This document shows, one piece after another, positions 9,538-17,776 of a DNA stretch of 34,256 nucleotides. A program made the position numbers and the translations under genes. The notes beneath the pieces were generated by a model that saw nothing but the letters and a program-made list of their open reading frames with translations, did no database searches and was not told where the DNA came from. How positions within the stretch are numbered: position 1 is the first letter of the stretch; each line of letters starts with the position of its first letter. This stretch comes from an uncultured Gammaproteobacteria bacterium (GTDB lineage Bacteria > Patescibacteriota > Patescibacteriia > Patescibacteriales > CAYMCJ01), in contig CAYMCJ010000003.1 of the NCBI GenBank assembly GCA_964388985.1, forward strand, positions 1,190 to 35,445. The letters run 5' to 3'.

Positions 9538-10548
9538 CTAAGCCTGTTTGGGATTATATCCATTTTTTATTTCTTCACCGTCTAAATAACCGTCGCCGTC
9601 AGTATCGGCCTTAAGCGGATCGGTTTGGTATGTTTTAACTTCTTCATAATCGGATAACCCATCAATATCGGTATCAATTTTAAGAATATCGGTTCCAAAT
9701 CCCTCTTCTTCGCTATCCAATAAGCCGTCGCCGTCAGTATCTTTCTGACCTGTATAATCATCTCCAACTTCGTTTAACCCATCGCCAACTTCTTTATTGA
9801 TCGGCAGCTTCAGCAGTTTACCTTCTCCTTTGGGATTGTTTCCTGCTTTAATCTCTTCACCGTCTAAATAGCCGTCGCCGTCAGTATCGGCGTTAAGCGG
9901 ATCGGTTTGATATACCTTAACTTCTTCCCGGTCAAACAAGCCGTCGTCATCAGTATCAACGCTATTAATATCAATCCCCAATTCTTTTTCTTCTTCATCG
10001 GTTAAACCGTCGCCGTCGGTATCAAGCAATTTATTTTTTTCACTTTTTGGTTCTTCGGCTGTATTTTCGACGGTATCATAATTACTCTCGCCGCCGATAG
10101 CCTGATTATCGTCTTCGGCTTTATTAATATTATAGCTGTCTTCATTTTTCTGAAGCGGCGAAATAAAACTAAGCTTGCTTAAACCCCAAAAAATTATTAA
10201 AACACCCGCCAAAAGGCCCACTATCATTATAGCAAAAATAATAATCTTTTTCACGTTTTCTTTTTCCAATACATTTCTTTCTTTATAATCATTTTTTAAT
10301 CCCTGGCTTTCTAATGCTTTTAGTTTAAACAATCCCGGCTTTTCCCGGTCAGCATTTTTATCGGTCTCGGAAAAAATATCTTCAACCGGCCTATTTGATA
10401 AATTAGCCGCGCCTAACCGCGCCTTTTGATTATTTTCATTATTTAAAGGCTGCCCCGCGCTCTTTAACTCCGGTTTGACCAACCTATCGCCGACTATATC
10501 ATTTTTATTGTTTAAATTATCAAACATAAAATTTTTTATTAAAGACAA
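9538..10548 (-). CDS. Membrane-anchored thrombospondin type 3-like (DxDxDG) repeat protein
   Basis: 336 aa. One TM helix (IIIFAIMIVGLLAGVLIIFWGL), then six DTDGDG(L/Y)xDxEE-type repeats, with an internal duplication (VKVYQTDPLNADTDGDGYLDGEEIK / VKTYQTDPLKADTDGDGYLDGEEIK). Confidence 0.75.
   Translation of the reverse strand: MSLIKNFMFDNLNNKNDIVGDRLVKPELKSAGQPLNNENNQKARLGAANLSNRPVEDIFSETDKNADREKPGLFKLKALESQGLKNDYKERNVLEKENVKKIIIFAIMIVGLLAGVLIIFWGLSKLSFISPLQKNEDSYNINKAEDDNQAIGGESNYDTVENTAEEPKSEKNKLLDTDGDGLTDEEEKELGIDINSVDTDDDGLFDREEVKVYQTDPLNADTDGDGYLDGEEIKAGNNPKGEGKLLKLPINKEVGDGLNEVGDDYTGQKDTDGDGLLDSEEEGFGTDILKIDTDIDGLSDYEEVKTYQTDPLKADTDGDGYLDGEEIKNGYNPKQA
9572..9645. repeat. Intragenic 74-bp near-identical duplication, copy 1
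   Basis: tcttcaccgtctaaataaccgtcgccgtcagtatcggccttaagcggatcggttt... recurs at 9854-9927 (offset 282 bp). Confidence 0.8.
9854..9927. repeat. Intragenic 74-bp near-identical duplication, copy 2
   Basis: See 9572-9645. Confidence 0.8.
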
Positions 10549-10588
10549 CCAAACAACTGCTTAATCACTTTTTAATATTAATAATATT

Positions 10589-11575
10589 CTACGGCCCAAT
10601 AAGGCAATAGGCCTGCTCCGGCGGAGTTACTAAATTAGCATAACCGGTTTCCAACACGGCGCATATTCTATAGGCCAAACCTTCGCTGTCCGCGATGTAA
10701 GTATACACAAAGCTGCCATTCGGCAAAACCGGAGGACTAGAAGTGGAAATTGTTCCGGCAAAACTTTTTTTGCTCTCATCCCAACAAGTAGTGACATTGT
10801 AGTTATAGGTCTGATTGCAATAAGAGGTTGTTGCCGGACAGCATTCTCCCATTTTATTAATCGGGTCAACCGGCATAATTATATCAAGTTCCTCGGCTAA
10901 TTCTTCCTGCCAACTCGGCCAAACTGATGTTGTTCTACTTGACAAGTATGTTCCGGCCTCCAATTTTGGATAATAACCATTAGTACTTGAGGCTATTTCT
11001 AAATTTATTTTAGTTTTGGCCAAATCAGCTAATCTTTTAGTATCACGAATAATTTTCGCTTTCTGACTTTGGCAATATTCACCAAGCGGACAATCCGAAT
11101 TGTAAATACATTTTTTTGTATTGGTTAACGAGCACTCTCCGGCGCCATAAATATCAAAAATATTATAATTAAATTTCCAATTGGAAATGAGATGACTAAT
11201 AATTTCCAAAGTTTCCTGCTGGGCATCCTGATTATACGAGATTAAATAAATATTGGTATAAAATTCATTATTATCGCTAATATTAGCTGCGTTAACATAA
11301 ACTGTCCTGCCTTCGCGCACTGCTTCATATCCGTCAACAATTAATGATTGCGTAGAGCCGGAAAAACCTTGTTTTTCATACCAAAGCAAGGGAGAATAAT
11401 GTTCCGGGTTGGGAACTACCCGCACGGCAATGGCGTCAAAACTGCTTTCCGCCAAAACATCATTTGTATTTGTATTTTCCGGATAACAAAAAAATAAAGC
11501 AAAAAACAACAGCAATATTAAAAATAACATTTTAACGCTTAATTTAATTTTACTTTTTGACAAATTAAATCTCAT
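10589..11575 (-). CDS. Secreted Cys-rich hypothetical protein
   Basis: 328 aa. Signal-peptide-like N-terminus (MLFLILLLFFALFFCYP) and a Cys-rich mature part. No enzyme motif recognised. It lies 21 nt downstream of the 2052-aa gene. Confidence 0.65.
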   Translation of the reverse strand: MRFNLSKSKIKLSVKMLFLILLLFFALFFCYPENTNTNDVLAESSFDAIAVRVVPNPEHYSPLLWYEKQGFSGSTQSLIVDGYEAVREGRTVYVNAANISDNNEFYTNIYLISYNQDAQQETLEIISHLISNWKFNYNIFDIYGAGECSLTNTKKCIYNSDCPLGEYCQSQKAKIIRDTKRLADLAKTKINLEIASSTNGYYPKLEAGTYLSSRTTSVWPSWQEELAEELDIIMPVDPINKMGECCPATTSYCNQTYNYNVTTCWDESKKSFAGTISTSSPPVLPNGSFVYTYIADSEGLAYRICAVLETGYANLVTPPEQAYCLIGP

Positions 11576-11596
11576 AAACCAAATTTTAGGTTCTTA

Positions 11597-14500
11597 TTAA
11601 TCTTCCGGGGTTGCATTTTTTTCTTCTGTCGAATTGCTTTCGGACCCGTCAAGACTGATTGATTTAACTATAAAATAATAGGTTGAATTATTTATTAAAT
11701 TATTAATAATCTGCGGATTGACGGCTGTCCCGGGCGTACTGGTGGGAACCTCCTGAGTATACGGTCCACCCTCGGCTAAACCATAATAAATATTATATTC
11801 CGCCACGCCAACGCCGTCGCAACTCCAGGTCAATTCAGCTTCTCCGTTGCCGCCAACAATGCTTAAATTATTCGGAAAACTAAACGGTCTGGCGCTAACT
11901 TCATTTGAAAAATCAATATTTTCATACCAATCCGCATTGACTGATTTTACCGCAAAATAATAAGTCAGGCCGTTTGTCAAGCCGCTAATAATCTGTGGGC
12001 TGACGGCTGTCCCGGGCATAACACTTTCCTCATGATTGCTATAATTACCCGGATTCAAGCCATAATAAATATTGTAGCCACCAGCTCCGTCAGCCGCCTC
12101 CCAGCTTAATTTTATTTCCTGGTCTCCAATTTTAACAACACTAAATCCGCTAACAGAGGAAAATGGAATGGCTGATTCATAATCAATATCGCTTTCATTG
12201 CCATAAATATCATAACCAACTATACCAAAACAATATTCTACGCCGTTCATAAGACCGGACACGCTTGTTGTATTAATAGCGGTCGCGCCGGGCATGGCCG
12301 GTGCTGAAGCTCCAAATTTTACACTTTCATCACATATACCGCTTTTAGCTTTATAATAAATCCTAAAACTAATTGCATCACCATGGCTATTATCTTCCCA
12401 CACTACATCAACCTTGCTATCTTTCGGAGTTATAGAATCAATAACCGGGCCGTCAGGAGATTCAGTATCTTTTGGGGTGGCGGAAACCTCGTTTGAATAT
12501 TCGCTTTCAGCTCCGCTGGCATACTCGGCCGTAATCACAAAATAATAAGTTGTGTTATTAGTTAAATTATCAACAATAAACGGAATGACGGGTGAATGCG
12601 CCCGAGGGGTAGAAGTTGAATACGAATAAGAGCCAGAATTAATCCCGTAATATATATTATATTTATCCAAAATCTCACCGGCCGGAGGCGTAATCCCACT
12701 CCAAATTAAGGCCGCCTTATTTCCCTGCGCCAAAGATGAATTGGTGGTAGTAGCCAAATTTATCCCCGAAGCATTTGGTAATTCTTCCCTGAAAAAATAG
12801 GACTCTTTTAATAAACTATATTCACAAAAACCTTCCCCGCAAATATCTCCAACCCCCTGGCCGATACAATTATATTGAGAATCGGTACATTCCAAATTAG
12901 CGCCTCTTATAATGGTGTCGTCGCTTAAAATTGCGGGCAAATCATCGGCTGTGCCAAATCCGCCTGAATCACGGCAATAATATAATTCATAATTGGTGTT
13001 GAAGCAGCCCTGGTCAGAAATAGTGCAGTTAGCGGCCGTATCTTGCCACGGTGCCCAGGTACCGTCATCTCTGATTGGCGGCCAAGGATTCTCGCAAACA
13101 AATACTCGCACCGTTGATGTGCCCGTCTTAGAGCCTCCTCCGGAAACATTAGCGGTAGCATTAATAAAGGTTTTGCCATCGGTAACGCCGCTTTGCGCTA
13201 TAATTAACTGCGAACTGCTGGCGCTATCAAAAGGAACATTGGCGGGAAACATATAGGCGGAGGTTGTGGCTACAATACTTCTATTGTCTATTGACCAAAT
13301 CCAATCCCACCACCGGCCTTCAACCGGCACAATAATCTGCCGGCCGGCCATCTCCGAAGCCGATGCCTTAGCAACAAAAACCTTATCACTGTCTTTAGCG
13401 GTATCAAAAGTAGGGTCATCTGGATTATAATCATTTTCATTAAGATCATTCTTTGTTGTCTGAAATAAATATGGATTTGGCTCTATTTCAACATCATTAA
13501 TCTGGCAAAAAGTGGCGTCATATTGCGTACTATAAGTAGTAAATTGCCAAATATATGAATTAGTAAAAGTCAAACCATTAAATTCGGAAGCATCGCTTAT
13601 GGGACTGCTGGTGGCATTCATGCCCACATCCCAATGGCTCAATACGCCGCTATTGCTATCTAAATCTTTATCTCCTTTTATAATAACATAATACTTCCTG
13701 GAGGCAGCCATTAATTTATTGGGAGAAAACGTTAATTTGGTCTTTTTGTTTGCTGTTTGTTCTCCGCTAACAACGCCTTCAATAGCGCAATAATTATGGT
13801 CAGGGTCAGACAGTTCGGCCAAAACGCTTTTTCCTCTAAATATTGAAATAAATTTATTTTTAAAAGTTCTGATAACTTTATTAAAAATTTTAACGAAAAT
13901 ATTTCTTTTGACCGGCAATTCTCCGTTAAAAGCCAAATAAACCGTCCCGCCGGGGCACATTTCCTCTTCGTAATCTCCGATAACAATTACATTGCCCGTA
14001 AAACTGTTTATATCCATTTTTTGGTCAAAAGTAGCCGATATCTGCGCATTACGGCAAACGCTATCGGTATTGTTGGCCGGCATAATGTTTTCTATATAAG
14101 GTCTGGTTCGGCAGCAGGTATCAGAGCCACAACCAGCAGCCTCAATGTCTCCGCAATGACTATCTTGACCGCAGCCGCAACAAAGCCCGCGCTCATCAGT
14201 CTGAGCAGTACAGGGTTCAATGTTTGACTGGCATTTTAACTTTGTTGTCGCGTCTCCGGTAACAATCTCTCCGCATTTATCATCACCCGGGTCGCAACAG
14301 CAACGACAATCAGAGCCCGATTTGTCCAAACAATCCAAATATTCACCGCAACTATCCAAGCCGGTCTGGCACATGGGCGGGTCAAGGGTTTTTTTACATT
14401 CTGCTCCTATGGGATAAGCCGGCCCGGCAATACATTTCGCTTCACAAGTGCTGGTGGCCGTAAATACCCTGCCGGTAGAACTGGCTATTTTAATATAATC

Positions 14501-17500
14501 AGGAAATAATCCATAACACCCATTGGCAAAATTTTCATCGCAGCGATAATAAGCGCAATAATAATCAGTTGCATTGGCCGCTCCCTCTAATTCTTGAAAA
14601 CCCGACTCTCCCTTGCAATTATCAAAATTCATCGCGTCAACACAACAGGTAGTATGATGAAACGAACATAAATTAGTAGTTGACAACTGATTACAATCAC
14701 TGCAAATACCGTCGGGGTAGCCATCGCCGTCATTGTCATCACCGACATTAACATCACAAAATTTTCCAGTGCTGGTAGTACAATTACAGGCCTGGTCTGA
14801 TAAAATTTGTTCTGTGGCCGATATGGCTCCATCTCCATTGCTGTCAATCCGGCAACCGGAACAATGTCCATAAGTATTGGTATCAACACTGGCCGCGTCA
14901 CTGCCGCAATTTCCCGTACAACTTAAAGTGGCGCAACAATCCTGACTGGCATTACTAATCCGGCAGCAGCATTCGCACTGGTTGATAGGAGTATTATACT
15001 CGCATATATCTGAATTACAGCTTGAGCCGGCCGGACATACTTCCCCGCCGATATAGCACTTGCCTTGATTGTCCGCCGCTCCCTCCGCTTCACAGTCAAA
15101 ACCACTGCTGCACGGATTACAGACTTGAGGGGTTGACGGGGTTAAGGCTGGGTCTACCAGGGTACACCAGCCGTTAACAGCCAATTCCCAATTGCTATTG
15201 GGGCAGCTTTTTAGCCCGGGATTAATCTGCCAATAATAATTGGCTCCAACCTGTCGGCATTGAGCGCCGGTATAACCGGCCGGCAAACTGATAGAGTCGC
15301 CGCCAATCGCAAATGAGGCCCCTTCGTAAACAGAGCAGGCGGTTGTTAGAGCGCCACTATCCGCTCGGCATTTATTGGCTAACGCGTCAAAGACGCAATT
15401 GGTCCCGCATTGGCTGCCATATCTGTCGCTACAATAATTATTGCCGCAAACGCCGGCGCTGGTTATACGCCCCAGGCTGCATTGTCCTTTGGAATTTGGG
15501 CAAAACTCATTTTCGGCGCAATGGCCGGTTTGCAAAGCCCAGCCCAAACAGCTTTCGGCTGGAGTTGAAGGCGGCGTTGTTGAGCCGGTGCTAAAATCCC
15601 ATTCATAAACAGAGCTGGCTATCAAAGCATAACACTCATCAATGTCTGATTTGCATCTCCCTTTAAAAGTCCCGCCGGGACAACAAACATTACCAGTCCC
15701 GCAATGCTCGTCCTTGGTGCAGGTTCCAATATTAAAATTTAGGCCATTACCAGCTGTCCCCGATGAGCCTTTTACTATTCTAACCGGACCGCTTATAGCG
15801 TTCTGCTGAATAGTGGTGGTGACTTTATACGGCTTAATACCGGCCGTAACGTCAGGGTCCAGACCCCAAAAACCAATATTGACTCCGCCCTGGTCTTTAT
15901 TTAAATGAAACCTTACCTTGCTGTTTATATTGTCAAAAGTGTCAAAATATTCTCCCCATAAACTGATTAAATCATTATTTTGCCCCATAACCGGATCTAT
16001 TTTACATAAACTCGGAGTCAAGGTTAAGCCGCTGTCAACTTTAAATGAACTTGGGGTGGTGCTGCCGGTATCTATGGTCCAGGACCCAATTGTCATTGTT
16101 ATAGTATAATTTCCGCCAGCTAAACCCTCGGGTACTTTGATAATTACCTGGCTATCGCTCCAAAAACTATCAGCGCAAACATCGGGAAATTCATAGTTAG
16201 CCTTAATTCCGTTAATATTTCCAAAATAAACCTGGCTGGTTCCTTGTATATTTTTAAAACCAGTTCCATAAATTGTAACATACTGGCCGAATGTGCCTTG
16301 GACCGGGTCAAAAGAAGTAATATAGGGACCACTATACGGCTCGGCCTCTTTGGTAAAATTCAAATAATTGCTGATTGTATTATTGTTGCTTTTGATAAAA
16401 CTAGTGGTTTTCCCAACCTTAATGTTGGGAACATCCGCCCGGACGGTCATGGCGCCATTATATATAAAATTTAAACCATTGACATGGTTCGTATAATCGC
16501 CAAAATTAACAACGTCATTGCTTAATAAATTAATTCCATAATAAGCAACCGTATCATTCATAATCCCATGATTGGGGTTTAATTTACAAAGTCCCGGTCT
16601 TGATATGCTATTTACTAAAAAATCAGATATAGACGGGCCAATATTGTCATTGGTTGCATCTTCTCCGTTTTCAGCCGTTATTTTAATCGGACCCTTGGCA
16701 GCTCCGTTTGGCACCACGACCACAACCTGACTGTCGGTCCAACTGGTATCACAGTTAGGGTTGGCCGAACTGGCCAGTTGAGCCTCAATAAACCCGGTTC
16801 CGTTCCAAAATGAGATGGTGCTGGTGCCTTCTGAATATTCTTGAAAATATCTTCCTCTGACTGCAACTAAATTTCCTACGGCCCCGTTTGGAGTAGTTGT
16901 ATTGCAAGTTGAAGGAGCGAGGCCCGAACAGTCGCCATTGCTTTGACAGGGTAAATTTATATCCCCATCACAAAATCCGCCCGTAGGGCTTACGTTCTCA
17001 ATTACAGGGTTGCCCAGACAAATACAGCCTTCCTCAATATCGCAATGCAGGTAAGCGCCGCATAAATTATCATCCGTCTGACAAGCGGCCGTGCCGATAT
17101 CGCTGTCACAATCATCGCCGTAGCCGCCGCCGTCTTTACAAATGCAAGCCCCGGCATCGCAATATTGCCCGTCGGCGCAGGCGGTATTGTCCGCCTGACA
17201 ACCGAGTTCCATAGTATTTCCATCGCATGATACCGGCGAAACCGGCCCGCAGGAAGCGCAAACTAAACCGGCGCAAGACCCCCAATAACCGCTGGCCTGA
17301 CAGGTTCTTGTTCCCTGACTGATTACTCCGCACAAGCAGCTTCCACAAGATTGGGTGGCGCCAATCGGACTGCATGATTCCATATAAGGTGTTACTGCTT
17401 CTGATAATTTATTCAAAACAAAACTGACGATTGCGAAAGCGGATAAAATTATTATTAATCCAATTATCGCCCCGGTTAACAACTTTTTGGCCTTTTCAAC

Positions 17501-17755
17501 CTTTTCCGCGTTTCCTTCCGAAGTCATATACAGCCAGCCGCCGTAAATTATCAAACCAACCGCGATAATTCCCAAAAATCCCAGGGCTATCCTGATAATA
17601 TTTACGGCTACTGTCCGCGGGTCTGTTTCTCCCAACCCGATATTCTGGCCATAGCCAACACCCACGTCAACTTCTGCCAAAACGAAATCAGCTATTACAA
17701 AAACAGATATAAAAACAGTAAATATAATTATAAAATTTTTAATTTTTTTAGACAT
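11597..17755 (-). CDS. Giant surface protein: pilin-like two-helix N-terminal anchor + Cys-rich, IPT/TIG, Ig-like and FN3 modules
   Basis: An uninterrupted 2052-aa ORF. The N-terminal signal/TM is followed by the hairpin IALGFLGIIAVGLIIYGGWLYMTSEGN..AIIGLIIILSAFAIVSF. Three IPT/TIG-like modules (PVIENVSPTGG, PYITSFDPVQG, PSLCKIDPVMG). A central Cys-rich core with CxCCC motifs. An SbsA/Big_5-like Ig module (RPYIENIMPANN). Four C-terminal FN3 modules. Confidence 0.85.
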   Translation of the reverse strand: MSKKIKNFIIIFTVFISVFVIADFVLAEVDVGVGYGQNIGLGETDPRTVAVNIIRIALGFLGIIAVGLIIYGGWLYMTSEGNAEKVEKAKKLLTGAIIGLIIILSAFAIVSFVLNKLSEAVTPYMESCSPIGATQSCGSCLCGVISQGTRTCQASGYWGSCAGLVCASCGPVSPVSCDGNTMELGCQADNTACADGQYCDAGACICKDGGGYGDDCDSDIGTAACQTDDNLCGAYLHCDIEEGCICLGNPVIENVSPTGGFCDGDINLPCQSNGDCSGLAPSTCNTTTPNGAVGNLVAVRGRYFQEYSEGTSTISFWNGTGFIEAQLASSANPNCDTSWTDSQVVVVVPNGAAKGPIKITAENGEDATNDNIGPSISDFLVNSISRPGLCKLNPNHGIMNDTVAYYGINLLSNDVVNFGDYTNHVNGLNFIYNGAMTVRADVPNIKVGKTTSFIKSNNNTISNYLNFTKEAEPYSGPYITSFDPVQGTFGQYVTIYGTGFKNIQGTSQVYFGNINGIKANYEFPDVCADSFWSDSQVIIKVPEGLAGGNYTITMTIGSWTIDTGSTTPSSFKVDSGLTLTPSLCKIDPVMGQNNDLISLWGEYFDTFDNINSKVRFHLNKDQGGVNIGFWGLDPDVTAGIKPYKVTTTIQQNAISGPVRIVKGSSGTAGNGLNFNIGTCTKDEHCGTGNVCCPGGTFKGRCKSDIDECYALIASSVYEWDFSTGSTTPPSTPAESCLGWALQTGHCAENEFCPNSKGQCSLGRITSAGVCGNNYCSDRYGSQCGTNCVFDALANKCRADSGALTTACSVYEGASFAIGGDSISLPAGYTGAQCRQVGANYYWQINPGLKSCPNSNWELAVNGWCTLVDPALTPSTPQVCNPCSSGFDCEAEGAADNQGKCYIGGEVCPAGSSCNSDICEYNTPINQCECCCRISNASQDCCATLSCTGNCGSDAASVDTNTYGHCSGCRIDSNGDGAISATEQILSDQACNCTTSTGKFCDVNVGDDNDGDGYPDGICSDCNQLSTTNLCSFHHTTCCVDAMNFDNCKGESGFQELEGAANATDYYCAYYRCDENFANGCYGLFPDYIKIASSTGRVFTATSTCEAKCIAGPAYPIGAECKKTLDPPMCQTGLDSCGEYLDCLDKSGSDCRCCCDPGDDKCGEIVTGDATTKLKCQSNIEPCTAQTDERGLCCGCGQDSHCGDIEAAGCGSDTCCRTRPYIENIMPANNTDSVCRNAQISATFDQKMDINSFTGNVIVIGDYEEEMCPGGTVYLAFNGELPVKRNIFVKIFNKVIRTFKNKFISIFRGKSVLAELSDPDHNYCAIEGVVSGEQTANKKTKLTFSPNKLMAASRKYYVIIKGDKDLDSNSGVLSHWDVGMNATSSPISDASEFNGLTFTNSYIWQFTTYSTQYDATFCQINDVEIEPNPYLFQTTKNDLNENDYNPDDPTFDTAKDSDKVFVAKASASEMAGRQIIVPVEGRWWDWIWSIDNRSIVATTSAYMFPANVPFDSASSSQLIIAQSGVTDGKTFINATANVSGGGSKTGTSTVRVFVCENPWPPIRDDGTWAPWQDTAANCTISDQGCFNTNYELYYCRDSGGFGTADDLPAILSDDTIIRGANLECTDSQYNCIGQGVGDICGEGFCEYSLLKESYFFREELPNASGINLATTTNSSLAQGNKAALIWSGITPPAGEILDKYNIYYGINSGSYSYSTSTPRAHSPVIPFIVDNLTNNTTYYFVITAEYASGAESEYSNEVSATPKDTESPDGPVIDSITPKDSKVDVVWEDNSHGDAISFRIYYKAKSGICDESVKFGASAPAMPGATAINTTSVSGLMNGVEYCFGIVGYDIYGNESDIDYESAIPFSSVSGFSVVKIGDQEIKLSWEAADGAGGYNIYYGLNPGNYSNHEESVMPGTAVSPQIISGLTNGLTYYFAVKSVNADWYENIDFSNEVSARPFSFPNNLSIVGGNGEAELTWSCDGVGVAEYNIYYGLAEGGPYTQEVPTSTPGTAVNPQIINNLINNSTYYFIVKSISLDGSESNSTEEKNATPED

Positions 17756-17776
17756 TATTTTGAAATCCTAAACTTA

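Noticed and set aside
11680-12040. Repeated DNA in the C-terminal FN3 modules considered as a DGR template/variable repeat pair
   Set aside because: The similarity is ordinary tandem domain duplication (for example the shared gacggctgtcccgggc). There is no adenine-specific mismatch pattern and no reverse transcriptase in the window.
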